From sequence record PP526941.1: a stretch of 64,000 nucleotides of DNA, one strand, 5' to 3'. The notes below the pieces were generated by a model that searched no databases, was not told where the DNA came from, and saw nothing but the letters and a program-made list of their open reading frames with translations. The stretch is from Escherichia phage vB_EcoM_ECO78. Position 1 is the stretch's first letter. Each line of letters starts with the position of its first letter. Of the stretch, positions 10,415-19,390 are shown one piece after another. The position numbers and the translations under genes were made by a program.

Positions 10415-11833
10415 TTATGGATAGGTATAGATGATACCAGTTTCTAAAGCAGTTTTGTGAATGATGTATCCATTACGCGATTCTTGGACATCAACTTCTG
10501 GATAATCTTTCATCATCTTCTGGAGAGTGTAACGATGCAGATAGTATTTACTATCTGGGTCTTCAGTTTTCCAATCTTTACCTTCTTCAGTCATTTTTTG
10601 AATTTCATCCATAACCCACCAACCGCACCAGATATAAGCTGAAGTACGATGTGGAAGAGGATGAACATAAGGCAATTCACCTTCTGGTTCTGGAGCAACT
10701 TTATCAGTCACTTGAACTTGACCTTCTGCTGTGATAGTTTTGCTATCATAATCAGTGGCAGTAACAGTTGCAGTAACTTCAATAGTTTGACTTCCAATAG
10801 ATGATGTATCAACGGTGTATACATTAGTTGACCCTTCTACAGGAGAAGAATCTTTCTTCCATGAATAAGTAATTTGTGCTTCTTCTGGAGCATCCGTAAC
10901 ATTAGCAGTAAATGTAGCCGAAGCATCTTGCTGAACGTTAATAGAAGGAGGAGTCAATGTAACCCGTGGATTCATTGTTTTCTTATTAACTGTCAATGAT
11001 ACTTCATTCGAAGTAACTTCCTTTTCATTGTAATTTTCAGCAGTTACTTGGGCTACGCATTTAATTCTTTTTACTCCACTTGTAGTTGGAGTATAGTTAA
11101 ATGTAGAGTTAGTTTCTCCACCAACTTGTGAATCATCTACATACCACTGATACGTAGCAGACGCTCCAACTGGTTGAGAAGCTAAGGCAGCAGTAAATTG
11201 AACTGGGGTTCCAATCACTCCAGCAGCAGGACTATCAGGAGTTACTGCCAAGGTAGTTGTCTGCGTCTTTTTATTAACAGTCAGTGACACTTCATTAGAA
11301 GTAACGCTTAGTGTATCATAATCTGTCGCGGTTACTTGAGCCACACACTTAATTGTTTTAACTCCGCTTGTGGTAGGAGTGTAATTGAATGTAGCAGAAG
11401 TTGCTTCGCCAACAGGAGAACCGTCAACGTGCCATTGATACGTAGCAGATGCACCTGGTGGCTGCGAAGCTAAAGCGGCAGTAAATTCAATAGCTGTTCC
11501 GATTACTCCAGCGTCAGGGCTATTAGGAGTTACAGCTAAGGTGGTCGTTTGTGTCTTATTTTGAACTGTGATAGTTGTAGTAGCTTCTGCTGTTTCAGCA
11601 TCAGTATCTGGAACTGTATTTGTTGCAACTACTTTAATAGTCTTTTGCCCGGCAGGTCCTTTTAGTACATAACTAAAAGTTGCTTCAGCTCCATCTTGTG
11701 GAACATCATCCACAGTCCAAGCATATGTAATAGTTCCGCCTCCAGTTTCACCACTGGGTGTAGCAGTAAACTGCTTAGTTTCATCAATAACCCCTGTCGA
11801 TGTTTTAGGAGTTATATCAACTGTAAAAGCCAT
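10415..11833 (-). CDS. hoc: highly immunogenic outer capsid protein Hoc with four tandem Ig-like domains
   Basis: 472 aa; N-terminal Ig-like domains and C-terminal capsid-binding region (ELPYVHPLPHR...IWCGWWVMDEI) recognised as Hoc; contains an internal 96-aa tandem duplication. Confidence 0.9.
   Translation of the reverse strand: MAFTVDITPKTSTGVIDETKQFTATPSGETGGGTITYAWTVDDVPQDGAEATFSYVLKGPAGQKTIKVVATNTVPDTDAETAEATTTITVQNKTQTTTLAVTPNSPDAGVIGTAIEFTAALASQPPGASATYQWHVDGSPVGEATSATFNYTPTTSGVKTIKCVAQVTATDYDTLSVTSNEVSLTVNKKTQTTTLAVTPDSPAAGVIGTPVQFTAALASQPVGASATYQWYVDDSQVGGETNSTFNYTPTTSGVKRIKCVAQVTAENYNEKEVTSNEVSLTVNKKTMNPRVTLTPPSINVQQDASATFTANVTDAPEEAQITYSWKKDSSPVEGSTNVYTVDTSSIGSQTIEVTATVTATDYDSKTITAEGQVQVTDKVAPEPEGELPYVHPLPHRTSAYIWCGWWVMDEIQKMTEEGKDWKTEDPDSKYYLHRYTLQKMMKDYPEVDVQESRNGYIIHKTALETGIIYTYP
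10979..11554 (-). repeat. in-frame tandem duplication (2 x 288 bp) inside hoc encoding two near-identical Ig-like domains
   Basis: Residues 94-189 and 190-285 of the translated protein are about 80 percent identical; the underlying DNA blocks are visibly similar. Confidence 0.8.
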
Positions 11834-11842
11834 AAGTTATCC

Positions 11843-12523
11843 TTATTTTAATGTTACGAAAGAAGAGTTGCGTGTTTCACGAATTAAAACTGATCCATCA
11901 CGGTTAATGTAATAAATTAAGCTAAATAAAGTTTGATGTGCTGACGCATGTTCAAAACTAGTTGGGTGAGATTTCCAATCAGGAGTTTCAGCAATCCATT
12001 GATAAATCCACCAAGGAACAGTACAGAATCCTGGATTTTTTCCAATCAGCTGAAGATTCGGACTAAAGTTTTCCGGAAGAGTAAATACAGACGGCTTTTC
12101 AGATTCAATAATCTCAGCTACAGCCTGTTCAAATTTTTCTTCAACAAAGGGAGTATCTTCAATCAAAATATCAGTATTTTCAGGAATTTTATCCGTTTCT
12201 ACTACTTCAATTTTAATGTCAGATTTAACCGGAGAATCAATCAGAAGTGCTGCTTCTGGATTGACTTCTTCATCGTCATATTTTAATCCCTCTGCAGCAT
12301 CAGCAGCATCAATTAAGTCTTTAATAGATAACCCATCAGTCTCTGGCATAGGTTCACTAGCGAGCTTCTGGAGGGCTTCTTCAATATCAACAACGATATT
12401 ATCAAAAGATTTATTCTTTTTGACCTTTATACCAAACTGTTCAGCATATTCAGCTAATTTAGCTTTAGCTTCTTTATTATCATCAAGAGCCTTCAGCTCT
12501 GCAATATAATCTTTATCTATCAT
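11843..12523 (-). CDS. inh: probable inhibitor of prohead protease (Inh/hoc.1 position)
   Basis: 226 aa acidic protein located between hoc and uvsW as in T4; assignment by synteny and length. Confidence 0.6.
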   Translation of the reverse strand: MIDKDYIAELKALDDNKEAKAKLAEYAEQFGIKVKKNKSFDNIVVDIEEALQKLASEPMPETDGLSIKDLIDAADAAEGLKYDDEEVNPEAALLIDSPVKSDIKIEVVETDKIPENTDILIEDTPFVEEKFEQAVAEIIESEKPSVFTLPENFSPNLQLIGKNPGFCTVPWWIYQWIAETPDWKSHPTSFEHASAHQTLFSLIYYINRDGSVLIRETRNSSFVTLK

Positions 12524-12536
12524 AATATTTCCTCAG

Positions 12537-12544
12537 TATAAATA
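12537..12544 (+). promoter_or_regulatory. TATAAATA late-promoter motif upstream of the homing endonuclease gene
   Basis: Exact TATAAATA 29 nt upstream of the ATG at 12573. Confidence 0.4.
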
Positions 12545-12572
12545 TAGATATATTTATTACTCGGAAAATAGT

Positions 12573-13190
12573 ATGTACCACTTTGTATATGAAACAACAA
12601 ATCTAATAAATGGTAAAAAGTATATAGGAAAGCACTCTACTGATGACTTGAATGATGGTTACCTTGGTTCCGGTAAGGCAATTCAGCAGGCTATAAAGAA
12701 ATATGGTGAAAACAATTTCTCTAGAACAATACTAAAAGAGTTTAAAACTTCCGAAGAAGCGTACATGTATGAAGAAGAAATTATAACTCCTGAACTAATA
12801 AAAAGCAAAAATTATTATAATATGAAACCTGGTGGAATTGGTGGAATTGTTATGACTACAGATGTTATAGCAAAGATGAAAGAATCTTCCGCTAAAAGAT
12901 TTGAAAACTCACCGGGCACGGTATTAGGTAAAACTTGTTACACTAATGGAACTAAAAATATTTTTATTAAACCTGGAGAACTTGTTCCAGAAGGATTTGT
13001 AAAAGGGATGGTTCATCCTAATAGAAAGTCCAGAAAAGGATGTAAAGTCAAACCGACTACCACAGGAACTTTTTGGGTCAATAATGGCGCAATAAATAAA
13101 TTAATACAACCAGACGGTATTATTCCCGACGGATTTATTAAAGGTCGTCTCATGAAAAGAGATTCTAAAGGCAAATTTAGTAAGGCATAA
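12573..13190 (+). CDS. segE: GIY-YIG homing endonuclease, Seg family (position corresponds to T4 segE)
   Basis: 205 aa; N-terminal GIY-YIG module (YHFVYETTNLINGKKYIGKH ... YYNMKPGG); free-standing gene inserted between inh and uvsW; stop overlaps the uvsW start. Confidence 0.65.
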   Translation: MYHFVYETTNLINGKKYIGKHSTDDLNDGYLGSGKAIQQAIKKYGENNFSRTILKEFKTSEEAYMYEEEIITPELIKSKNYYNMKPGGIGGIVMTTDVIAKMKESSAKRFENSPGTVLGKTCYTNGTKNIFIKPGELVPEGFVKGMVHPNRKSRKGCKVKPTTTGTFWVNNGAINKLIQPDGIIPDGFIKGRLMKRDSKGKFSKA

Positions 13191-13192
13191 TT

Positions 13193-14701
13193 ATGGATAT
13201 TAAAGTACATTTTCACGACTTCAGTCATGTACGCATCGATTGTGAAGAGAGCACGTTCCACGAATTAAGAGATTTCTTTTCGTTTGAGGCCGATGGATAT
13301 AGATTTAATCCTCGCTTCAGATATGGCAACTGGGATGGACGAATCCGTCTTTTAGATTATAATCGACTTCTTCCATTCGGCTTAGTCGGGCAAATTAAAA
13401 AGTTCTGCGATAACTTTGGCTATAAAGCCTGGATTGACCCACAAATTAACGAAAAAGAAGAATTATCAAGAAAAGATTTTGATGAATGGCTTTCTAAATT
13501 AGAAATCTATTCAGGAAATAAAAGAATTGAACCGCACTGGTATCAAAAAGATGCAGTGTTCGAAGGATTAGTTAATCGTCGTAGAATTCTTAATCTTCCA
13601 ACATCCGCTGGTAAATCTTTAATTCAAGCTTTGCTTGCGCGATATTATTTGGAAAATTATGAAGGTAAAATTCTTATCATTGTTCCAACAACTGCTCTGA
13701 CAACTCAGATGGCTGATGACTTTGTTGACTATCGTTTATTCAGTCATGCAATGATAAAGAAAATCGGCGGTGGAGCATCAAAAGATGATAAATATAAAAA
13801 TGATGCACCAGTCGTTGTTGGTACATGGCAAACTGTAGTAAAACAACCGAAAGAATGGTTCTCACAGTTTGGAATGATGATGAATGATGAATGCCATCTT
13901 GCTACAGGAAAAAGTATTTCATCTATCATATCAGGTTTAAATAACTGTATGTTTAAATTTGGTTTGTCTGGTTCATTACGTGATGGCAAAGCTAATATCA
14001 TGCAGTATGTTGGAATGTTTGGTGAAATATTTAAGCCAGTAACGACTTCTAAATTAATGGAAGATGGACAAGTAACTGAGCTAAAAATTAATAGTATTTT
14101 TCTTCGCTATCCCGATGAGTTCACTACTAAATTAAAGGGAAAAACTTACCAAGAAGAAATAAAAATTATCACTGGACTCAGTAAAAGAAATAAATGGATC
14201 GCTAAATTAGCTATTAAGCTTGCACAAAAAGATGAAAACGCTTTTGTCATGTTTAAACACGTATCACACGGTAAAGCTATTTTCGATTTAATTAAAAATG
14301 AATACGATAAAGTTTATTACGTATCAGGGGAAGTTGATACCGAAACCCGCAATATAATGAAAACCTTAGCTGAAAACGGTAAAGGAATAATTATAGTAGC
14401 TAGTTATGGTGTATTTTCTACCGGTATTTCAGTTAAAAATCTGCATCACGTTGTTTTAGCACACGGTGTTAAATCTAAAATTATTGTATTGCAAACAATC
14501 GGTCGTGTATTACGTAAGCATGGTTCCAAAACAATCGCAACAGTCTGGGACCTCATCGATGATTGTGGTGTTAAGCCAAAATCTGCTAATACGAAAAAGA
14601 AATACGTTCATTTGAACTATCTTTTAAAACACGGCATTGATCGTATTCAGCGCTACGCAGATGAAAAATTTAATTACGTAATGAAAACAGTTAATTTATA
14701 A
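13193..14701 (+). CDS. uvsW: UvsW recombination/repair helicase
   Basis: 502 aa; Walker A (PTSAGKS) and DEAH-like box (NDECH); synteny. Confidence 0.9.
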   Translation: MDIKVHFHDFSHVRIDCEESTFHELRDFFSFEADGYRFNPRFRYGNWDGRIRLLDYNRLLPFGLVGQIKKFCDNFGYKAWIDPQINEKEELSRKDFDEWLSKLEIYSGNKRIEPHWYQKDAVFEGLVNRRRILNLPTSAGKSLIQALLARYYLENYEGKILIIVPTTALTTQMADDFVDYRLFSHAMIKKIGGGASKDDKYKNDAPVVVGTWQTVVKQPKEWFSQFGMMMNDECHLATGKSISSIISGLNNCMFKFGLSGSLRDGKANIMQYVGMFGEIFKPVTTSKLMEDGQVTELKINSIFLRYPDEFTTKLKGKTYQEEIKIITGLSKRNKWIAKLAIKLAQKDENAFVMFKHVSHGKAIFDLIKNEYDKVYYVSGEVDTETRNIMKTLAENGKGIIIVASYGVFSTGISVKNLHHVVLAHGVKSKIIVLQTIGRVLRKHGSKTIATVWDLIDDCGVKPKSANTKKKYVHLNYLLKHGIDRIQRYADEKFNYVMKTVNL

Positions 14702-14714
14702 GGGCTTCGGCCCT
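14701..14714 (+). terminator. short GC stem-loop (GGGC-UUCG-GCCC) between uvsW and uvsW.1
   Basis: Inverted repeat overlapping the uvsW stop; no U tract. Confidence 0.3.
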
Positions 14715-14726
14715 TTGGAGAAAAAG

Positions 14727-14957
14727 ATGTTACTAGAATTTAAACAATTTCTTTATGAAGCTTCTATTGATGAATTTATGGGTAAAATTGCCTCTTGTCA
14801 AACAATAGAAGGTCTAGAAGAACTTGAAGCTTATTATAAGAAAAGAGTTAAAGAAACTGAATTAAAAGATACTGATGACATCTCCGTGAGAGATGCTTTG
14901 GCAGGAAAAAGAGCTGAATTAGAAGATTCAGACGATGAAGTAGAAGAAAGCTTTTAA
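14727..14957 (+). CDS. uvsW.1: UvsW.1-like small acidic protein
   Basis: ORF track start is a TTG; ATG at 14727 with GGAG SD gives 76 aa; synteny downstream of uvsW. Confidence 0.6.
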   Translation: MLLEFKQFLYEASIDEFMGKIASCQTIEGLEELEAYYKKRVKETELKDTDDISVRDALAGKRAELEDSDDEVEESF

Positions 14958-15012
14958 ATTAAAAAAGGCCCAACCAAAAAGGAAGGGCCAAAACTATAGA
15001 CTAAAGGTCACA

Positions 15013-15180
15013 CTATAGCAAAAGTTGTGTTTCATTTAATTGTTCTTCCGAACTTTCTGAAACTGGTAGTTCTTTAATGTAATTATAACAAGGCCCAGGA
15101 TGTACAGGACCTTTGTCTGTTTCAACAACCAATGCAGAATCGATTGGAGTTTTACAGACAACGCAAATCTTATCTGACAT
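15013..15180 (-). CDS. small Cys-rich hypothetical protein (55 aa; position of T4 uvsY.-2), not in the supplied ORF track
   Basis: Hand translation MSDKICVVCKTPIDSALVVETDKGPVHPGPCYNY...; GAGGAG SD 6 nt upstream of ATG; CxxC...C pattern. Confidence 0.5.
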   Translation of the reverse strand: MSDKICVVCKTPIDSALVVETDKGPVHPGPCYNYIKELPVSESSEEQLNETQLLL

Positions 15181-15208
15181 GATTGTCTCCTCTAAATTAT
15201 ATATCTAT

Positions 15209-15433
15209 TTATATAACTCTCATATGCATATCAATGCCCATATCTTTAGAATAAAAATATTCATCAAGATATCCGGCAAATTTTCCTTTAACATAAAGTA
15301 CATCTTCACCGCATGGGTGGTCGGCCAGGATACGAATATCCTGACGCTTGAGATTATACTTTTTCATTAAGAATTGAATTTCCGTTTCGAATTCTTCTTC
15401 ATAATTAAAAGCATCATCAATGCTATATTTCAT
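15209..15433 (-). CDS. hypothetical protein (position of T4 uvsY.-1)
   Basis: 74-aa ORF, start overlaps uvsY stop. Confidence 0.55.
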   Translation of the reverse strand: MKYSIDDAFNYEEEFETEIQFLMKKYNLKRQDIRILADHPCGEDVLYVKGKFAGYLDEYFYSKDMGIDMHMRVI

Positions 15434-15846
15434 TATTTTCCAGCCTCAAATGCTCGCATGTCTTGAATATGCTTAATAGCAAATCCGCGTGATTTAATAG
15501 CATCAAGAGCTCCGCTACAGAAATCCAATAAAATTCCCCAATATTGTAATGAAGTATCAACTTTTAAAACATCCTTATCAGCTGATAGAACTGTCTTCAT
15601 TTCTGATTTCTCATAACGGTCCATACTAAATTCATCACCATCTCCTCGTCCCGAGTAGTAGTCTAATCTAGCTTTAAGAGCAACTTTTTTCTGTGCGTCA
15701 ATTCTAAGCATTTCCTTTTTAATACTTGAATGCTTATTAAGCCATTTACTATATAACATCACATTATTAGCTGCTTCATACTGTAATTTAGTCGAATCTA
15801 TAAATACATCTTTCTTCAATTCTTCTTGAAGATCTTCTAATCTCAT
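15433..15846 (-). CDS. uvsY: recombination mediator UvsY
   Basis: 137 aa, the T4 UvsY length; synteny next to gene 25; MotA-type middle promoter upstream. Confidence 0.88.
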   Translation of the reverse strand: MRLEDLQEELKKDVFIDSTKLQYEAANNVMLYSKWLNKHSSIKKEMLRIDAQKKVALKARLDYYSGRGDGDEFSMDRYEKSEMKTVLSADKDVLKVDTSLQYWGILLDFCSGALDAIKSRGFAIKHIQDMRAFEAGK

Positions 15847-15886
15847 ATTATTCTCTATTCAATTGTTATTGGATGGACTTAGATTC

Positions 15887-15914
15887 ATTATACCACGTTT
15901 TAACGTGAAGCATT
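15887..15914 (-). promoter_or_regulatory. MotA-dependent middle promoter for uvsY (MotA box plus -10)
   Basis: Minus strand reads AATGCTTCA (matches MotA-box consensus wwTGCTTyA), 13-nt spacer, then TATAAT. Confidence 0.6.
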
Positions 15915-16311
15915 ATACCCTATTACTGGAAGCCAGTTGCAGTTTTATCTGCTCAATATCATCGGGGTTATCGATGACTGAAAAGCGTATTTCTACTATC
16001 AGAGTATAATCATCATAAACGGGTATCACATTAACTGATAATTTATCAATACGTGGCTCATAGTTTCTTACTGCGCTTTCGATGTTACGCTCAACCGTAT
16101 CAGCAGTAAGAGGAGTCATATTTTCAAAAAGCTGGTCTGATAAATCACATCCAAATTCAGGGTCAAACGGTCTTGAACCTTTTCTTGTTGTAATAATTCC
16201 CAAAAGACTGTTTTTAATTGACCTTAATCCAAGCGATCTGGAAACGTCTTTGTTCCAATCCATTTTCATTTCCGGGTCAATGTCAGAATAAAGCTTATTA
16301 ATATTTGACAT
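15913..16311 (-). CDS. 25: baseplate wedge protein gp25
   Basis: 132 aa; synteny; overlaps gene 26 stop. Confidence 0.88.
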   Translation of the reverse strand: MSNINKLYSDIDPEMKMDWNKDVSRSLGLRSIKNSLLGIITTRKGSRPFDPEFGCDLSDQLFENMTPLTADTVERNIESAVRNYEPRIDKLSVNVIPVYDDYTLIVEIRFSVIDNPDDIEQIKLQLASSNRV

Positions 16312-16937
16312 TATAGTAACTCAAAGAACTCTTTGAGGCCTCTTATTACGTGAGCATGGGTTTTTCCACACTCTGGACACTTAATTGGAACAGCCAAATA
16401 AACAGTAGGCTTTAAAAGCATATCTTTTATAGCTACAATATCTGACTCTGTGATGATAGAATATAAATCTTCCAGTTCTTTTTCATTTAAGTCTTCAACT
16501 GGAATGCTTTCCCCGTTAGCATGAATCGTTTCTATGCATGATACTATCATGTGGGCTATATTTTTATCATCAAAAATTTTAGGGTATCGGAATTTAATTT
16601 TAATGTCACCCAGTGTATACCAGAGGTCTTCTGGTGCATCTATTTGTGTATGTAATAGATTTATATGGGTTGGTATTTCAGTTCCACAGGTGCACTTCCA
16701 GGAGTTTTCGTGATTAACTTCGCCGAGAGAATGTGCCCATAAATGAATCAACAATAGTTCTGATTCTTGGCGGTTTAAATCTTTTGCATTTGTGCAGTCT
16801 TTGATTAGCTTTTTAACAATTACTTCTACAGAACCATTATTTTTGGCAGTAATAAGTTCTAGATATTCTTTAAGCGTGAATGCGCGACAATTGATTATTT
16901 TAGAACCAACTCTCACATCAAATTTGTATTCATACAT
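16311..16937 (-). CDS. 26: baseplate hub protein gp26
   Basis: 208 aa; synteny; AAGGAG SD. Confidence 0.82.
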   Translation of the reverse strand: MYEYKFDVRVGSKIINCRAFTLKEYLELITAKNNGSVEVIVKKLIKDCTNAKDLNRQESELLLIHLWAHSLGEVNHENSWKCTCGTEIPTHINLLHTQIDAPEDLWYTLGDIKIKFRYPKIFDDKNIAHMIVSCIETIHANGESIPVEDLNEKELEDLYSIITESDIVAIKDMLLKPTVYLAVPIKCPECGKTHAHVIRGLKEFFELL

Positions 16938-16958
16938 ATTTAGCTCCTTTATTTATCA

Positions 16959-16970
16959 TATTTATAAATA
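16959..16970. promoter_or_regulatory. overlapping divergent T4 late promoters for gene 26 (minus) and gene 51 (plus)
   Basis: Sequence TATTTATAAATA contains TATAAATA on both strands, offset by 4 bp, in the 50-bp divergent intergenic region. Confidence 0.55.
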
Positions 16971-16987
16971 GAATAAAAGGAGCATCT

Positions 16988-17737
16988 ATGGCAAACATTA
17001 TTCGTTGTAAATTACCAGATGGTGTTCATCGTTTTAAACCATTTACGGTAGAAGATTATCGAGATTTTTTGTTAGTTCGAAACGATATAGAACATCGGTC
17101 ACCACAAGAACAAAAAGAAATAATTACTGATTTAATTGATGATTATTTTGGAGACTATCCGAAGACTTGGCAACCATTTATATTTTTGCAGGTATTTGTA
17201 GGGTCAATAGGTAAAACTAAAGTACCGGTTACATTTGTATGTCCAAAATGTAAAAAAGAAAAGACAGTTCCATTTGAAATATACCAAAAAGAATTAAAGG
17301 AACCTGTTTTTGATGTAGCTAATGTTAAAATTAAATTAAAGTTTCCTTCTGAGTTTTATGAAAATAAAGCAAAGATGATTACTGAAAATATTCATTCTGT
17401 TCAAGTAGATGAAATATGGTATGATTGGAAGGAAATTAGTGAATCAAGCCAAATAGAACTTGTTGATGCTATCGAGATAGAAACATTAGAAAAAATTCTC
17501 GATGCAATGAATCCTATTAATTTAACTCTACATATGTCATGCTGCAATAAGTACATTAAAAAATACACTGATATAGTAGACGTGTTTAAGCTATTAGTTA
17601 ACCCAGATGAGATATTTACTTTTTATCAAATTAATCACACACTCGTAAAAAGTAATTATAGCTTAAATTCAATAATGAAAATGATTCCTGCTGAGCGCGG
17701 ATTCGTATTAAAACTGATTGAGAAGGATAAACAATAA
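16988..17737 (+). CDS. 51: baseplate hub assembly protein gp51
   Basis: 249 aa; synteny; AAAGGAG SD. Confidence 0.82.
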   Translation: MANIIRCKLPDGVHRFKPFTVEDYRDFLLVRNDIEHRSPQEQKEIITDLIDDYFGDYPKTWQPFIFLQVFVGSIGKTKVPVTFVCPKCKKEKTVPFEIYQKELKEPVFDVANVKIKLKFPSEFYENKAKMITENIHSVQVDEIWYDWKEISESSQIELVDAIEIETLEKILDAMNPINLTLHMSCCNKYIKKYTDIVDVFKLLVNPDEIFTFYQINHTLVKSNYSLNSIMKMIPAERGFVLKLIEKDKQ

Positions 17738-18912
17738 TGAGTATGTTGCAACGCCCAGGATATCCAAATCTCAGCGTTAAATTATTTGATAGCTACGACG
17801 CTTGGAGTAATAATAGATTTGTTGAATTAGCTGCTACTATTACCACATTAACTATGCGGGATTCTCTTTATGGTCGAAATGAAGGAATGCTGCAGTTTTA
17901 TGATTCTAAAAACATCCATACAAAAATGGATGGAAATGAAATAATTCAGATTTCTGTAGCTAATGCAAATGATATTAATAATGTTAAAACACGAATTTAT
18001 GGATGTAAGCATTTTTCCGTGTCAGTAGATTCAAAAGGTGATAACATCATTGCTATTGAATTGGGAACTATTCATTCTATAGAAAACCTTAAATTTGGTA
18101 GGCCGTTTTTCCCTGATGCAGGTGAATCTATAAAGGAAATGCTTGGTGTCATTTATCAGGATCGCACGTTATTAACTCCAGCAATAAATGCTATAAATGC
18201 TTATGTTCCTGATATTCCATGGACTAGTACGTTTGAAAATTATTTGTCCTATGTAAGAGAAGTTGCTCTAGCTGTAGGAAGTGACAAATTTGTATTTGTG
18301 TGGCAAGACATCATGGGAGTTAACATGATGGACTATGATATGATGATAAATCAAGAACCGTATCCAATGATTGTCGGTGAGCCATCTTTAATAGGTCAAT
18401 TCATCCAAGAATTAAAATATCCATTAGCATATGATTTCGTTTGGTTGACTAAATCGAATCCTCATAAACGCGACCCAATGAAAAATGCTACTATCTATGC
18501 TCATTCATTTTTAGATTCTTCATTGCCAATGATTACTACAGGAAAGGGCGAAAACTCTATTGTGGTGTCAAGGTCAGGTGCTTATTCTGAAATGACTTAT
18601 AGGAATGGCTATGAAGAAGCTATTCGTCTTCAAACTATGGCACAATATGACGGCTATGCTAAATGTTCTACTGTCGGTAATTTTAACTTGACTCCTGGTG
18701 TTAAAATTATTTTTAATGATAGTAAAAACCAATTTAAAACAGAATTTTACGTTGATGAAGTTATCCATGAATTATCCAATAATAATTCAGTAACTCATCT
18801 ATATATGTTCACTAATGCAACGAAACTGGAAACAATAGACCCAGTTAAGGTTAAAAATGAATTTAAATCTGATACTACCACTGAAGAAAGTAGTTCTTCC
18901 AATAAGCAATAA
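17737..18912 (+). CDS. 27: baseplate hub protein gp27
   Basis: 391 aa; synteny; ATGA-coupled to gene 51. Confidence 0.88.
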   Translation: MSMLQRPGYPNLSVKLFDSYDAWSNNRFVELAATITTLTMRDSLYGRNEGMLQFYDSKNIHTKMDGNEIIQISVANANDINNVKTRIYGCKHFSVSVDSKGDNIIAIELGTIHSIENLKFGRPFFPDAGESIKEMLGVIYQDRTLLTPAINAINAYVPDIPWTSTFENYLSYVREVALAVGSDKFVFVWQDIMGVNMMDYDMMINQEPYPMIVGEPSLIGQFIQELKYPLAYDFVWLTKSNPHKRDPMKNATIYAHSFLDSSLPMITTGKGENSIVVSRSGAYSEMTYRNGYEEAIRLQTMAQYDGYAKCSTVGNFNLTPGVKIIFNDSKNQFKTEFYVDEVIHELSNNNSVTHLYMFTNATKLETIDPVKVKNEFKSDTTTEESSSSNKQ

Positions 18913-19390
18913 AGAAGTTTCTATTCCTAAAATGGGTCTTAAACATTATAACATTTTAAAAGATGTTAAAGGTCCTGATGAAAATTTAAAACTTCTTATT
19001 GATTCTATTTGTCCGAATTTATCACCGGCAGAAGTTGATTTCGTTTCTATTCATTTATTGGAATTTAATGGAAAGATTAAATCTCGTAAAGAAATAGATG
19101 GTTATACTTATGACATTAATGATGTTTATGTGTGCCAAAGATTAGAATTTCAATACCAAGGAAATACATTTTATTTTAGACCTCCTGGAAAATTTGAACA
19201 ATTTTTAACGGTGAGCGATATGTTATCTAAATGCTTACTTAGGGTCAATGATGAAGTTAAAGAAATTAATTTTCTTGAGATGCCAGCATTCGTTTTAAAA
19301 TGGGCAAATGATATTTTTACAACTTTAGCAATTCCTGGCCCTAATGGTCCAATAACCGGAATTGGCAATATTATTGGATTATTTGAATGA
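18857..19390 (+). CDS. 28: baseplate hub distal subunit gp28
   Basis: 177 aa; overlaps gene 27 end by 56 nt in another frame; synteny. Confidence 0.75.
   Translation: MNLNLILPLKKVVLPISNKEVSIPKMGLKHYNILKDVKGPDENLKLLIDSICPNLSPAEVDFVSIHLLEFNGKIKSRKEIDGYTYDINDVYVCQRLEFQYQGNTFYFRPPGKFEQFLTVSDMLSKCLLRVNDEVKEINFLEMPAFVLKWANDIFTTLAIPGPNGPITGIGNIIGLFE

Noticed and set aside
14961-14995. Possible bidirectional terminator between uvsW.1 and the 55-aa minus-strand ORF (GGCCC...GGGCC)
   Set aside because: The 5-bp stem would enclose a 13-nt A-rich loop, which is too weak to call a terminator with confidence.
15113-15370. 85-aa plus-strand ORF
   Set aside because: Overlaps the better-supported minus-strand uvsY.-1 and the hand-called 55-aa ORF, has no SD, and has hydrophobic low-complexity composition.
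15799-15806. TATAAATA motif on the plus strand inside uvsY
   Set aside because: There is no plus-strand gene downstream; most likely a chance occurrence in AT-rich coding sequence.
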